Below, piece by piece: positions 29,777 to 39,886 of a DNA stretch of 64,000 bases. Below the pieces are notes generated by a model. It was not told where the DNA came from and ran no database searches. It saw only the letters and a program-made list of their open reading frames with translations. Both the position numbers and the translations under genes were made by a program. Every line of letters starts with the position of its first letter. Position 1 is the first letter of the stretch. The stretch is from an uncultured bacterium (lineage in GTDB: Bacteria > Babelota > Babeliae > Babelales > Vermiphilaceae): assembly GCA_963702025.1 (NCBI GenBank), contig OY969699.1, positions 992,001 through 1,056,000 of the forward strand. Direction: 5' to 3'.

Positions 29777-31267
29777 TCATTTTTTTAAAAGATACCATGC
29801 TAAGCCGGTTACGGCCGCGCCGCCAATACCTAGACCAACAAGATCGCCATTATTATCAAGCGTTTGCAGCGCATCAACCAACATTCGTTGATGCCATGAT
29901 AGTTGATAATATTCGGGGCTGCGATAGTTTTTTAAAAGTTCTCGCATTGCAGGGGTTGCTTGTTTGAGTAATTGAATATTTAAAGAAGTGCACTTTTGCA
30001 GCGAGGTGTATGCGCCTTTGGCAAGCATCTGTTTGAGCATTTCAGTGCGATCTGTTTTAACCAATTTCTCGAATGCAAGGTAAAGATTACCGTGATCTCC
30101 CGGCTCTTGCCGAAAGTGAGCAATCTGATCTAAAAGAATTTGCGCCAGATCAAAATTGCCATCTTCCAAAGCGATCATAATAGGAGTTTTTCCAAAGATA
30201 TCGCGGGTATGAATATTGGCATTGTATTCAAGTAATAAACGAACAAATTCTTTATTCTTATTTCTTGTTGCGTGCATGAGAGCAGTTTCTTGACTATTAT
30301 CCATTGTATCAACATTGGTTCCCCATTCCAGAAGATTAAAAGCAACTTGGGTGTCGCCGTGCATTGCTGCATAAATCAATGGCGGGTAAAAAAATTGATT
30401 TCCAGCCGGAACAATATTTATACGAGCGCCGGCATTTTTAAGAAGCTGCATTGCCGTTATATTTTTTTCTTGTGCAGCAATAATAAAGGCGGTTCTTCCT
30501 AAATTATCTGTTAGTTCTAAATTCGGATTATGTTTTAAGAGTGTTTTAAGCAACGTGGTATCTTTATGATAGCAGGCAAATTTTACCCCATTTCCCAGAT
30601 ATCTGGGCTCTTGATAATCGATGCGCGCGCCGTGCTGTAATAACAAGTCAGCCGCTTGCGCGCTCTCAGGGTTGGAACTGCTCGCTAACGCAAGTAAGGC
30701 AGTTTTGCCATCATTATCAATAAGATCAACTTTTGCCCCTCGGTGACAGAGTAATGCAAGTATTTTGTTTGTCCCCTTGTTAGGTTGATAACAACAAAAT
30801 CGGACCGCGGTGTGGCCCTGATCTATTTCATGATCAATATCGGCGCCATGCATCAGTAAAAAATCTGCCAATGACAAGTATCCACCATAGGCTGCGGCCA
30901 TTAACGTTTTTATTTTTGTACCATTGATATCAATCTGAGAATTTAGTGCCCTCAAATCGGTAAGCAAACTTTCATCGAGCATGCCATTAAGACAGGCGGT
31001 TTCAAGCAGAGTTTGCGCATCTTTGGCGTCAAATTCTTTTTTAAACAGTTCATCATTATTTTTCATAAAAAGGGCGTATTTCTTAAGTTCTGCCGGCAGC
31101 GATAAGCCCATGATATCTGATTTATTTTTGGACCGTACCAAGCTCTGCGCAGCCAAAAACTTCAATGATGGCGCATTATAAATCGGTGGTTGAACCGGGT
31201 TTGGCTTTTCCATCGCGCACAACGGCATATTTGTTATGCACAATAATGATACTAATAAACGTTTCAT
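29777..31267 (-). CDS. Secreted SOCS-box-like plus ankyrin-repeat protein with C-terminal TM anchor
   Basis: APSLKFLAAQSLV...IMGLSLPAELKKY, about 8 ankyrin repeats, tail LVGLGIGGAAVTGLAWYLLKK. Confidence 0.9.
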   Translation of the reverse strand: MKRLLVSLLCITNMPLCAMEKPNPVQPPIYNAPSLKFLAAQSLVRSKNKSDIMGLSLPAELKKYALFMKNNDELFKKEFDAKDAQTLLETACLNGMLDESLLTDLRALNSQIDINGTKIKTLMAAAYGGYLSLADFLLMHGADIDHEIDQGHTAVRFCCYQPNKGTNKILALLCHRGAKVDLIDNDGKTALLALASSSNPESAQAADLLLQHGARIDYQEPRYLGNGVKFACYHKDTTLLKTLLKHNPNLELTDNLGRTAFIIAAQEKNITAMQLLKNAGARINIVPAGNQFFYPPLIYAAMHGDTQVAFNLLEWGTNVDTMDNSQETALMHATRNKNKEFVRLLLEYNANIHTRDIFGKTPIMIALEDGNFDLAQILLDQIAHFRQEPGDHGNLYLAFEKLVKTDRTEMLKQMLAKGAYTSLQKCTSLNIQLLKQATPAMRELLKNYRSPEYYQLSWHQRMLVDALQTLDNNGDLVGLGIGGAAVTGLAWYLLKK

Positions 31268-31282
31268 AATAATAACTCCATA

Positions 31283-31408
31283 TTATGGCACAAGTTCTTT
31301 GAGGCTCGCCACTGCAGCGATACGATTTGAATGCCTCGAATCTTCCATTGCATGGAAATTTGAAGCGCCTGCAAGAAGCAGAATAGCAGTGATAACTGGA
31401 CTTTTCAT
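31283..31408 (-). pseudogene. Truncated paralog of 28470..29459
   Basis: MKSPVITAILLLAGASNFHAME nearly matches MKNQVITGILLLAGASNFHAME; stops after 41 codons. Confidence 0.75.
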
Positions 31409-31634
31409 AATTTTCCCATTAAAAAATAGAATTCTATTAATAAATTTACACCATTTTAACCATTTGTCAATTTCAATTGCGCAATAACCAGAAGCTAAAA
31501 AATACAAATAGAAAACATTTCAGATGAATTTAAACCTATATTTCGGTTTCTTTTAAAGAAACCGAATGAAAGAGTGTTGCACATAGAAAATAAAGCATTG
31601 TATTACCACTATTTATCGAGTATCCTTTTTAGCA
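31343..31634. repeat. Duplication copy 2
   Basis: Collinear with 29394-29693, including the TTCGGTTTC..GAAACCGAA palindrome. Confidence 0.85.
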
Positions 31635-31670
31635 GCAAAAAATAGAGCATTAAAACAAAGGAATTTTTTT

Positions 31671-32225
31671 ATGATAAAATTTATCTTTTTTATAGTATTT
31701 GCAAGCAGCGGCTTTTTAAACGCTATGGTGGAATCGAATGAAACTATCCTTCGCGAAGCTGCCAAAGTGGGTAATACTGATGCTATTAAGCAGTTAGCAG
31801 CGTTGGGAGTTGATGCAAATGAAACGGGTGACCCCGAGAATTACGGAATGGATGCCGTCATGTATGCAACTGCGCAGGGGCACACAAAATTTCTTCAAAC
31901 ATTTCTTGCAACATTTGATATTAATTTTAGGGAAGATAAGCATGAACGGACCGCATTCTCTTTAGCGGTTGCAAACTATAGACCTGAAATTCTCAAGATT
32001 CTTCTAAATTATACTGTTCAAAAAAAGCAAAAGTATTCTGAATCTTTATCAAAGGCCGCGATTATGGCTGCAGAATATGGGCACTCTGACTGTCTGGAAT
32101 TGCTGTTAAATCATGGCGCGGTAGTAAAAAATAAATATTATTGCGGCTTAACAGCAATGCAATTTGCGGTCAAAAATGGACATACATCATGCATTGAACT
32201 TTTAAAGAGTAGAGAAAACGCATAA
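31671..32225 (+). CDS. Secreted ankyrin-repeat protein
   Basis: AAEYGHSDCLELLLNHGA and AVKNGHTSCIELL repeats; signal peptide ending LNA-M. Confidence 0.9.
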   Translation: MIKFIFFIVFASSGFLNAMVESNETILREAAKVGNTDAIKQLAALGVDANETGDPENYGMDAVMYATAQGHTKFLQTFLATFDINFREDKHERTAFSLAVANYRPEILKILLNYTVQKKQKYSESLSKAAIMAAEYGHSDCLELLLNHGAVVKNKYYCGLTAMQFAVKNGHTSCIELLKSRENA

Positions 32226-32245
32226 ATTGTAAGGATATCAGATTT

Positions 32246-32334
32246 ATGAAAGTACTATCAATCAGTTCGAAGCTTGCCCTAATAGTAGTAATTTTATGCG
32301 GAGCAATCCCTCTCGCGGCAATGAGAACTATTCC
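32246..32334 (+). pseudogene. 5' stub of a secreted-protein gene cut by the IS
   Basis: ATG at 32246 gives MKVLSISSKLALIVVILCGAIPLAA-MRTI(P) running into the IS terminal repeat. Confidence 0.55.
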
Positions 32335-33564
32335 CTTAAGTTCGGACAATTTCATTTTAACAATTCCTAAAGGCTCTTAACCAAACAACATCATCTGAAT
32401 TATTTTCAAGCAGATGGAATTCAACTTGACGTAGTGCTTTCCGAAGTTTGGATCGAGAATATGAATAAATCATATTAAGCAATAAATGCAAACCGCTGAA
32501 CTTAAGCCTTTCGCGCTTCGTGAGCACTTGTAATCGCAGCATTTCGCCTATCAAAATCAATAGATTGTAGGCAATTAATCCAATGAGGAGCATTTTAAGG
32601 AGATTGCCTAAAGTTTTATTCATGATTTTTGTAAAGCCCAATTTATCTTTTATATCTTTGAAACTTTCCTCTATTTTCATGCGTTTTTTATAGTATTTTA
32701 AACCTTCACTTGGCTGACAATCTGTAATTATATACATTGGCTCAGGCATATTGCTTTGCCATTCAGCAGCAATATTTACTTTGATTTTCCCTTTATAATA
32801 AACCCCTTTCCAATTTTTCTTTGAGCCGCGAGTAATAGAAATGTTAATCCTGCTGCCTTTTTTGTCAGTAATAATAATTTGGTTTTTTCCAGCACTTATT
32901 TTTAAGCGTATTGAATAATGAATTTGATGTTTATGAAAGAACTTGATCATCTCCTCATTGCAAAGTTCACGATCAATGACAATTATCTTACTCTGAAGCA
33001 AAGGAATTAATGGGCGTAAAGCTTCTTGAATAAGCTTCCACTTTCCAGTTGCGCTCTCAGCAATGATTGAAGAAGATATTACATCAGCAAATATTATTTT
33101 AGATCTTCCTTTGAATGGTACACTCAGTGCCAATATGCTGTAGCCAAGTGTTTCTCCATCTTTTAAATATCCAATATAAGCAGTGCGTTTAGCATTTTTT
33201 CGAGTCATCTCAGTAAAATCGAGCAATAGGATATCACTCGCTTGGTCCTGAAATGACAAAAGAGCTTCTGAAAGCTGAGAAACTTCTAATTTATTTAGAG
33301 ATCTTGTGATGTTTTTATAGTTAGATTCATACTTGCCGGGTGATGCAGCAGAAATGCTGGAAATTCTAAGCTTTTTTGCTTGTTGGAACCCCCAAATCAT
33401 CGATCCGATGAAGTCGGCAACATGAATGTTAAATACTTTTAGCGAATTAATCATTTTTATGATATCTTTTTTGGCAATCATGATTCTCCTGTTTTTGGTG
33501 TTTCTTTGTTTTTTTTAAAAATACACCAGAACAGGAGTCTCTTCTATTTATGTCCGAACTTCAG
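32335..33564 (-). mobile_element. Insertion sequence, DDE (IS4-superfamily-like)
   Basis: 14-bp imperfect TIRs CTTAAGTTCGGACA (32335-32348) and TGTCCGAACTTCAG (33551-33564) around a transposase; no TSD visible. Confidence 0.8.
32357..33481 (-). CDS. DDE transposase (IS4-like)
   Basis: LLLDFT, VIDRE, YKKRMKIEESFKDIK (Y-x2-R-x3-E motif). Confidence 0.9.
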   Translation of the reverse strand: MIAKKDIIKMINSLKVFNIHVADFIGSMIWGFQQAKKLRISSISAASPGKYESNYKNITRSLNKLEVSQLSEALLSFQDQASDILLLDFTEMTRKNAKRTAYIGYLKDGETLGYSILALSVPFKGRSKIIFADVISSSIIAESATGKWKLIQEALRPLIPLLQSKIIVIDRELCNEEMIKFFHKHQIHYSIRLKISAGKNQIIITDKKGSRINISITRGSKKNWKGVYYKGKIKVNIAAEWQSNMPEPMYIITDCQPSEGLKYYKKRMKIEESFKDIKDKLGFTKIMNKTLGNLLKMLLIGLIAYNLLILIGEMLRLQVLTKRERLKFSGLHLLLNMIYSYSRSKLRKALRQVEFHLLENNSDDVVWLRAFRNC

Positions 33565-33585
33565 TTTTATTAAATTGAGGTTTTT

Positions 33586-33978
33586 ATGAAATTGTTTAAC
33601 CTATTTCTTCTTACCCTTCTTGCACCTACCAGTTTTGCTTTTGCGCGATACGAAGTTCACAACCGTGCAGAAAAAGTAAATACCCCCTTCACCATCACGC
33701 TGCCCTACCCGGCATCATGGAAAATAGATGTGGGCTATGAAGACCGGGCACCATTCAAAAATGCAATATTCCTTCAGTATCCTCAACCGGCCATTTCTTT
33801 TGATCAAGAAATATGCGCGCTGCCTTCAAAGCCCGGAGAATGGGGAATAAAATCCTGCACGTTTACTGCGTGCATTCGCGGCGCAGCAACGATTACGTTT
33901 AGCTTGCCATACAAGACAGAAAATGCAGAAATCCCTGATAATGTGGTAATTACCTATCATATCGATGGACTAGAGTAA
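33586..33978 (+). CDS. Secreted protein, possible chagasin/I42 protease-inhibitor-like fold
   Basis: Signal peptide; VNTPFTITLP...PGEWG...FTA...GAATITF pattern. Confidence 0.5.
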   Translation: MKLFNLFLLTLLAPTSFAFARYEVHNRAEKVNTPFTITLPYPASWKIDVGYEDRAPFKNAIFLQYPQPAISFDQEICALPSKPGEWGIKSCTFTACIRGAATITFSLPYKTENAEIPDNVVITYHIDGLE

Positions 33979-34028
33979 AATCTGAATTTTAATTTGGCTT
34001 AACGTCATAAATAGCTTCTTTAGAAGGA

Positions 34029-34997
34029 TTGATTACCTTGAAAAGGTTAAATATTTTATTCTTTGCTTCGTCTTTATTCTGCATGCCAATAACTGCTATG
34101 CAGAAAGAAAACCTAGCTTTGAAGGAGATAATTTATTCTCGGAAGCTTGAACGGGAAGATCAATCTGCCTGCCAATATTATTTGGATGCTTCAAATACCC
34201 AAGGTGAATTCTCAATAATTGGAATATTGCAAGGATCAGAACTAAGGAGTGCTAGTCAATTGCTTACTTTTTTTGATCCCGGAATGCTTAAAAAATTAAA
34301 TGCAGCTCTTTTAATTGTCGAAAAACCTGGTATAACACATACGAATTTTGATAAAGATTGTTATTTACGAATGAATAGTCTTGACCGACGTGCGCAAGAT
34401 TTTGAAATGGTATTAAATCATATACGTGTAACAAATCCTGAATGGAATAATAAATTATTTTTATGTGGAATTTCAGAAGGGGCTACTCTTGGTGCATTTC
34501 TAAGTGAACGGTTGGTAGAAACTAAAGGATTGATAATGTTTTCTGGCGGTTGTGGCATGACCTTGTGTGATGAAATTCTATTGTTAGAATTAAAAAAACC
34601 TTCGATGGGAATAGTTGATATCAGTAAAAAATATGGAATGATGTGTTATATAAAAATAATGATTTTTCTGGCAAAAATATTTCCTAATAGTACCTATACC
34701 TGTATTGGTGGAACTAATACCCTTAAATATTGGAATTCCATTGCTCATTATAATCCGGCATCAAGTTTACAAAAGCTTTCGATTCCCCTTTATCTTGCAC
34801 ATGGGAGTTCTGATGTTGATTGCCCAATAGAAAGTGCTGAGGCATTAGTTAACTCTTTTGCTCAATTAAAAAAGACAAATTTATATTTTCAACGGTACGA
34901 GAATTTGGATCATAATTATTTTGATTCTGATGGTAAGACTTATTGGAATTCTGTAATAGATGATGCATTTGCATGGGCTTTGAGCAATATACATTAA
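34029..34997 (+). CDS. Secreted alpha/beta hydrolase (S9-like)
   Basis: GISEG nucleophile, HGSSD, NLDH. Confidence 0.8.
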   Translation: MITLKRLNILFFASSLFCMPITAMQKENLALKEIIYSRKLEREDQSACQYYLDASNTQGEFSIIGILQGSELRSASQLLTFFDPGMLKKLNAALLIVEKPGITHTNFDKDCYLRMNSLDRRAQDFEMVLNHIRVTNPEWNNKLFLCGISEGATLGAFLSERLVETKGLIMFSGGCGMTLCDEILLLELKKPSMGIVDISKKYGMMCYIKIMIFLAKIFPNSTYTCIGGTNTLKYWNSIAHYNPASSLQKLSIPLYLAHGSSDVDCPIESAEALVNSFAQLKKTNLYFQRYENLDHNYFDSDGKTYWNSVIDDAFAWALSNIH

Positions 34998-35068
34998 AAT
35001 TTGAATTTTAATTTTTTTACACAATGGTTCACAAATAACTAAAGTTATTCGTGAACCATTGCGCGGAG

Positions 35069-35524
35069 CTAATTTTTGACTATGGCAATACCACATAAAA
35101 TAATCTTAAGAGCTTCATCTTCACCAAGCATCAAAGGCATATCTTTAATTTCTTCCGGCCTTGCCCAGATATAATTAACATGTTCATGGGTAATGCGTAC
35201 CACCGGCATTGATGCTAAGTTAATTTTAAATAAATGGTACGTAAAATCTGCCGTTGATACGCGCACATAAAATGTACCAAAGAATTCTAACACAATTGAG
35301 GGATCAATATGGATGCCCGTCTCTTCAAATAATTCCCGCCGCGCTGCTTGCTCGGGGGTTTCATGCATTTCTACTTTTCCGCCCGGGCTCCCCCATGCGC
35401 CAGCATGCCGTTCACGCGAACCTCTCTGCAGAAACAAAAATTTTCCATTGCATTCAACGTAGCAACCAGTTGTCTGTCCGCGCGAATTAAAATCTGTAGG
35501 CTTACTGGTATGTATTTGTATCAT
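35069..35524 (-). CDS. NUDIX hydrolase
   Basis: Intact Nudix box GGKVEMHETPEQAARRELFEETGI. Confidence 0.9.
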   Translation of the reverse strand: MIQIHTSKPTDFNSRGQTTGCYVECNGKFLFLQRGSRERHAGAWGSPGGKVEMHETPEQAARRELFEETGIHIDPSIVLEFFGTFYVRVSTADFTYHLFKINLASMPVVRITHEHVNYIWARPEEIKDMPLMLGEDEALKIILCGIAIVKN

Positions 35525-35570
35525 ATCAGTCCTCTTTCATAGCGGTAATATTTTAGCAAATCACCATTCA

Positions 35571-36383
35571 TCATGCGTCATGTTTTACTGCTAATTTTTG
35601 TAGATCAACATCCTCAATAGAAACAATGCAACGCAAAATAGGAAATTCGGCATTTATTCTGCTTTGTATCTTCTGAGCAAGATCTTGAGAGAATTTATTT
35701 AGTCCAATTGGTAGTATTTCTAGATGGTCATAATTGGGAGCCGTGTAAGCAATGCAATCAGAACCAAACTCCCGTATAATATTCCCAACATTGTCACGTG
35801 CATCAATAAAATCATTGATTCTTTGCTTTTCTGCTATTGCTTTTGTAATCGTGTGCGGAGATTCGTTTTTGTAATTCATTATTTCATGGTCGGCACCCAA
35901 AGATAGAAGAGTCATAATATTCTCTACATTGCGCTCAATTGATTCTTTAACTGCATCAAGGAGAGGAGTATTGCCTTCTGCATCTTGCTTATTAATAAGA
36001 TTACTAGGGTTATTGAATGGTGGGTTTGCGTGCGCCAGAAGCGTAATGATGGCAGGATTTCCAAATCGTGCAGCAATATGCAGTGGTGTTTTATAATCAT
36101 CATATCTGGAACTTGCTTGAACAAAGCATAATGCTCGGCATACTCCATTAAAATTTTTGTCTTTAATTGCATCTAAAAGGCGCTCTTTCCACATAAGTTC
36201 TTCTTTTTTTTCTTGAACATAAAAAGGCCACCCGTGAACTTCATTGCTTGGAGTAATGCCGTACGCAAGCTTCTGGAAACGTTCCTTGATAGTTAAACTG
36301 TCTTCAGAAGGAATCATGCCATTCATTTTTGCGCATGAGATTAGCACTATTATCAATGCATAGATATTTTTTGTTATTAGCAT
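35571..36383 (-). CDS. Secreted ankyrin-repeat protein
   Basis: KTPLHIAARFGN and GNTPLLDAV...LLSLGAD. Confidence 0.85.
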   Translation of the reverse strand: MLITKNIYALIIVLISCAKMNGMIPSEDSLTIKERFQKLAYGITPSNEVHGWPFYVQEKKEELMWKERLLDAIKDKNFNGVCRALCFVQASSRYDDYKTPLHIAARFGNPAIITLLAHANPPFNNPSNLINKQDAEGNTPLLDAVKESIERNVENIMTLLSLGADHEIMNYKNESPHTITKAIAEKQRINDFIDARDNVGNIIREFGSDCIAYTAPNYDHLEILPIGLNKFSQDLAQKIQSRINAEFPILRCIVSIEDVDLQKLAVKHDA

Positions 36384-36735
36384 TTTTGTCCTAATATCTT
36401 TAAAAATTTATCGATTTTGACAGTCAAAGTATATATTTTTTTGGCTATACTGAACAATAATAATCGCGTTTAAAATAATGCGGGTAAAATTTTTTAATTA
36501 CCGGTATTGCAATAGTGCCATTCGACAATGTAATTGCAAATATCTTTTGGTATATGAGGAAGGCAGGCTTTCTTACTTGACAAATATAGGACAAGTAATA
36601 ATAATTATATAATTAAAAAATCATCTATTTTAAAAAGAATATTTTGTTAATAAATAAATAATAGCACTATTATAATTGGCCATGCGATCATTGCATAGGT
36701 GGGATAAGCCAAAGCCATTAAAGAAAATCAATATC

Positions 36736-37257
36736 ATGAAAAGTAAGTATTTTTTTGTATTCATTTTTAGTGTGTGCCAATCTTTTGCAGTGCCTATTCA
36801 GTTGTATAAATATGGCACTATTAGTGCGCGGGCTATTGTCGGTACTTTTCTGGTAGCATCTTCAGTATTAGATATAGCTAAAGAGCATAAAACAATAAAA
36901 GTAATTAACAAGCTTTATAAAGAAGGCCATTATGGGTCATTAATGAACGGTTTATATGGGATAATAAAATATCATAAAATTGATTGTGCGATGGTGCAAG
37001 ATGTTGATCGCAGATGTCGCCTGGCTATCCTAGAAGAAGAGGACAGGGAATCATATACTGCAAAATGTACTGAGTGGCGAGCAAAAGAATTAAAAAAAAT
37101 GAGAGAAAAATTGTGCATTGAAGAAGTACTGCCTGCTCTTAAAAAGCGACATCAAGAAATAGATATTGCCGGTAAAAGATTACCAAATACACCGGTAAAA
37201 CTTGCCTTTTTAGCAGTAGGCCTTTTTCAGTTGCAAAAAGCTATCACTCAAAGATAA
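36736..37257 (+). CDS. Secreted hypothetical protein (paralog of the IS-disrupted neighbour)
   Basis: Signal peptide; tail LPNTPVKLAFLAVGL versus LPNTLLRLSFAITGL in the neighbour. Confidence 0.7.
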   Translation: MKSKYFFVFIFSVCQSFAVPIQLYKYGTISARAIVGTFLVASSVLDIAKEHKTIKVINKLYKEGHYGSLMNGLYGIIKYHKIDCAMVQDVDRRCRLAILEEEDRESYTAKCTEWRAKELKKMREKLCIEEVLPALKKRHQEIDIAGKRLPNTPVKLAFLAVGLFQLQKAITQR

Positions 37258-37306
37258 AAGACTAAATATGTTGGAATGATTGTTATGAATAGTAAAGTTT
37301 ATATTA

Positions 37307-38401
37307 GACCTTATGCGTAATAAGAAGTAATTTTTTGTAATTCTTTGAAATTTTTGGTAAAAAAAGGTCGGATCAAACTCAGAAAAGGAGACCCGACCAG
37401 TGAAATTTCTTGATAAACTTAGCAGAAAAGAAAACATATTTCAACGTATTGTTGGCTTAAATTTTAAACAATTAGACCAGCTGACCAAAGCAATAAAACC
37501 ACTCTGGGAAAAGTCCGAAAAAGAAAGACTAGATCGGGCAGAACGAAAGCGAAGCATTGGCGGTGGCCACCCGTATAAACTTGAGACTTTACGCGAAAAA
37601 ATTATTGCCACTCTAATCTACTACAAGCAATATCCAACTCAGGAATTTTTGGGGATAATGCTTGGAATCGATCAAAGTGCTATATCAAGGCTTCTTCAGA
37701 AGATGCTACCGCTCATCGAATATGCGGCCGATCCAGAATTAAGAACTTATTTAGCTCAAGCAAAAGAAGATTGGGAAAAGAAAAAAGTAAGCAATTGGAA
37801 TGAATTTTTTCAAAAGCATCCTGATTTGAGAGATGTGTCGGAAGATGCCACAGAACAACAATGTTTTAGAGCCACCAATTATGAGGAACAAAAAAAATAT
37901 TATTCCGGCAAATCAAAACAGCATGCGATAAAAACTCAAATAGCTGTTTCTTCACGTGGACGCATTCTTGATGTATCAAAATCATATCCTGGAAGTGTGC
38001 ATGATAAAACAATCATCGATGAAGAAGAAACTATTAAAAAATTTCCCGAAAAAATTTCTCAAAGATTTGATTTAGCATATCTAGGAGCCAATAAAGATAG
38101 TCCAGAACATTATATTATTTTACCGGTCAAAAAACCGAGAAAAGGAGAACTAACAGAGCTTGATAAAGAATATAACAGGGCCAATAGTAAACGAAGAGAC
38201 GTAGCTGAACATGCATTATCCAAAATTAAAAAATTTAGGATGCTTGCAGGAGTGTTTAGGCAGTCTCTGAAGGGGTATAATCAAGCGTTTAGAAATGTTG
38301 TAGCTTTAGTTAATTTTAAACGACAAAATTCTGTGACGGCAGCATAAAAAATGGGGATGGGGGAAGTGTTATCTTAAAAAATTTTTATTACGCATAAGGT
38401 C
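37307..38401 (+). mobile_element. IS5-family (ISL2-like) insertion sequence
   Basis: 17-bp perfect TIRs GACCTTATGCGTAATAA / TTATTACGCATAAGGTC flanked by a TA duplication. Confidence 0.9.
37400..38347 (+). CDS. IS5-family transposase (HTH plus DDE_Tnp_4-like)
   Basis: DATEQ, YYSGKSKQHAIK, GSVHD, FDLAY, RRDVAEHALSKIKKF. Confidence 0.9.
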   Translation: MKFLDKLSRKENIFQRIVGLNFKQLDQLTKAIKPLWEKSEKERLDRAERKRSIGGGHPYKLETLREKIIATLIYYKQYPTQEFLGIMLGIDQSAISRLLQKMLPLIEYAADPELRTYLAQAKEDWEKKKVSNWNEFFQKHPDLRDVSEDATEQQCFRATNYEEQKKYYSGKSKQHAIKTQIAVSSRGRILDVSKSYPGSVHDKTIIDEEETIKKFPEKISQRFDLAYLGANKDSPEHYIILPVKKPRKGELTELDKEYNRANSKRRDVAEHALSKIKKFRMLAGVFRQSLKGYNQAFRNVVALVNFKRQNSVTAA

Positions 38402-39017
38402 TATTTTTATTGTTTTGCTTGGCCAAATAAGTGCGATCAATGCCGCGCCGGCATATAAATTTATGTTTAATAGTGGTAAAGTGGTGGCCGGTAGTTTATT
38501 GGCAGTAAAAATGGGCTACGATATTGGAAAAAATCTCTACTTTCTTAATAAAAAAAATAAGACATTCAAATATTGTGACGAATTACTGAAAAACAAACAA
38601 TATGATCACATGATTACGATTTGTTATCGTGACCAGGAACATAGAAAGCAAATAGATCGACAGATTGAAGCTACTGTAAAGCATGAGTTTTTAATGCTGG
38701 AATATTCACCGCACAAAGAAGATATAGAATTTGCTGACTCCTTAAAAAATAATAAGGAAAAGTATTATGAATGGAAAAGGCAAATTATAGAAAGAGAGCA
38801 AGAGAAATTTTGCAACGAAGTTATTATGCCTGGCTATAGAAATAAATATAATGTTGACGAAGCACATAAGTATAACATTTCTCTTCCTAATACACTTTTA
38901 CGCTTGTCATTTGCGATTACTGGCTTAGATATAGTGAAAGACGGCATTCAACATATCGTTCGATAGAATAATTTGGAAGTTTTTATAGATGCTAAAACCA
39001 AAAGAAAATGAGCAATA

Positions 39018-39878
39018 ATGAACATAGAAACAGGGATTGTACAAGTAGGGAAATTTCAACTTCGCTATCACGCGGAAGGGAAAGGACCAATAGCGCTTGT
39101 AATCGGCGGCTCCATTTATTATCCGCGTATTTTTTCTCAAAATTTGCGTAATTCATTACGTCTTGTTTTTGTTGATCATAAGGGGTTTGTTTTGCCAGAT
39201 AGTACCGTTGATATATCTGAATATGATTTTGAAATTATTTTGGATGATATTGAGCGTGTGCGTGATCAACTTAATTTAGGGCGCATCATTATAATTGGCC
39301 ATTCTGGCAATGCTTTTATGGCACTTGAATATGCCAAAAAATACCCAGAACATGTATCGCATGTTGTTATGCTTGGCACAGGGCCAAGTTTTAGTGATAT
39401 AAATACGCAAGCTGTTGAGCAGTATTGGCAAGAATCAGTATGGCCCGAACGAAAGGCAGCACTTGAGCAAAATTTAAAACGTTATCCCGATGCACTGCTG
39501 AATGAATTGACTCCCGGGCAGCGATTTATCGCAAACTATATAAGACTTGGGCCAAAGATTTGGTTCGATTTTAATTTTGATTCATCTCCCTTGTGGGCCA
39601 ATATTAGTCTTAATATGCCGATGATTGATCACGTATGGGGAGTTGTATTTCGTGATATTGATATAACTCAAGGATTAGAGAATTTCAACAAACCGGTGTT
39701 TCTTGGGCTTGGCCGCTATGATTTTATTGTCGCGCCGCCCAATTCTTGGGATACAATTCGGCCAAAATTTAAGAATATTACGGTTCGTGTTTTTGAGCAT
39801 AGCGGGCATACACCACCCTATGAAGAGCCAAATTTATTTGACCAAGAACTTTTGGCTTGGCTGTCTCAAAATTCATAG
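39018..39878 (+). CDS. Alpha/beta hydrolase (proline-iminopeptidase-like)
   Basis: GHSGN nucleophile, GRYD, SGHTP.YEEP. Confidence 0.85.
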   Translation: MNIETGIVQVGKFQLRYHAEGKGPIALVIGGSIYYPRIFSQNLRNSLRLVFVDHKGFVLPDSTVDISEYDFEIILDDIERVRDQLNLGRIIIIGHSGNAFMALEYAKKYPEHVSHVVMLGTGPSFSDINTQAVEQYWQESVWPERKAALEQNLKRYPDALLNELTPGQRFIANYIRLGPKIWFDFNFDSSPLWANISLNMPMIDHVWGVVFRDIDITQGLENFNKPVFLGLGRYDFIVAPPNSWDTIRPKFKNITVRVFEHSGHTPPYEEPNLFDQELLAWLSQNS

Positions 39879-39886
39879 CAATGAGA

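Larger units (their letters stand above)
37285..38966 (+). pseudogene. Secreted-protein gene interrupted by an IS within its signal peptide
   Basis: Removing 37307-38401 plus one TA restores MNSKVYIIFIVLLGQISAINA..., in frame with ORF 38415..38966. Confidence 0.85.
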
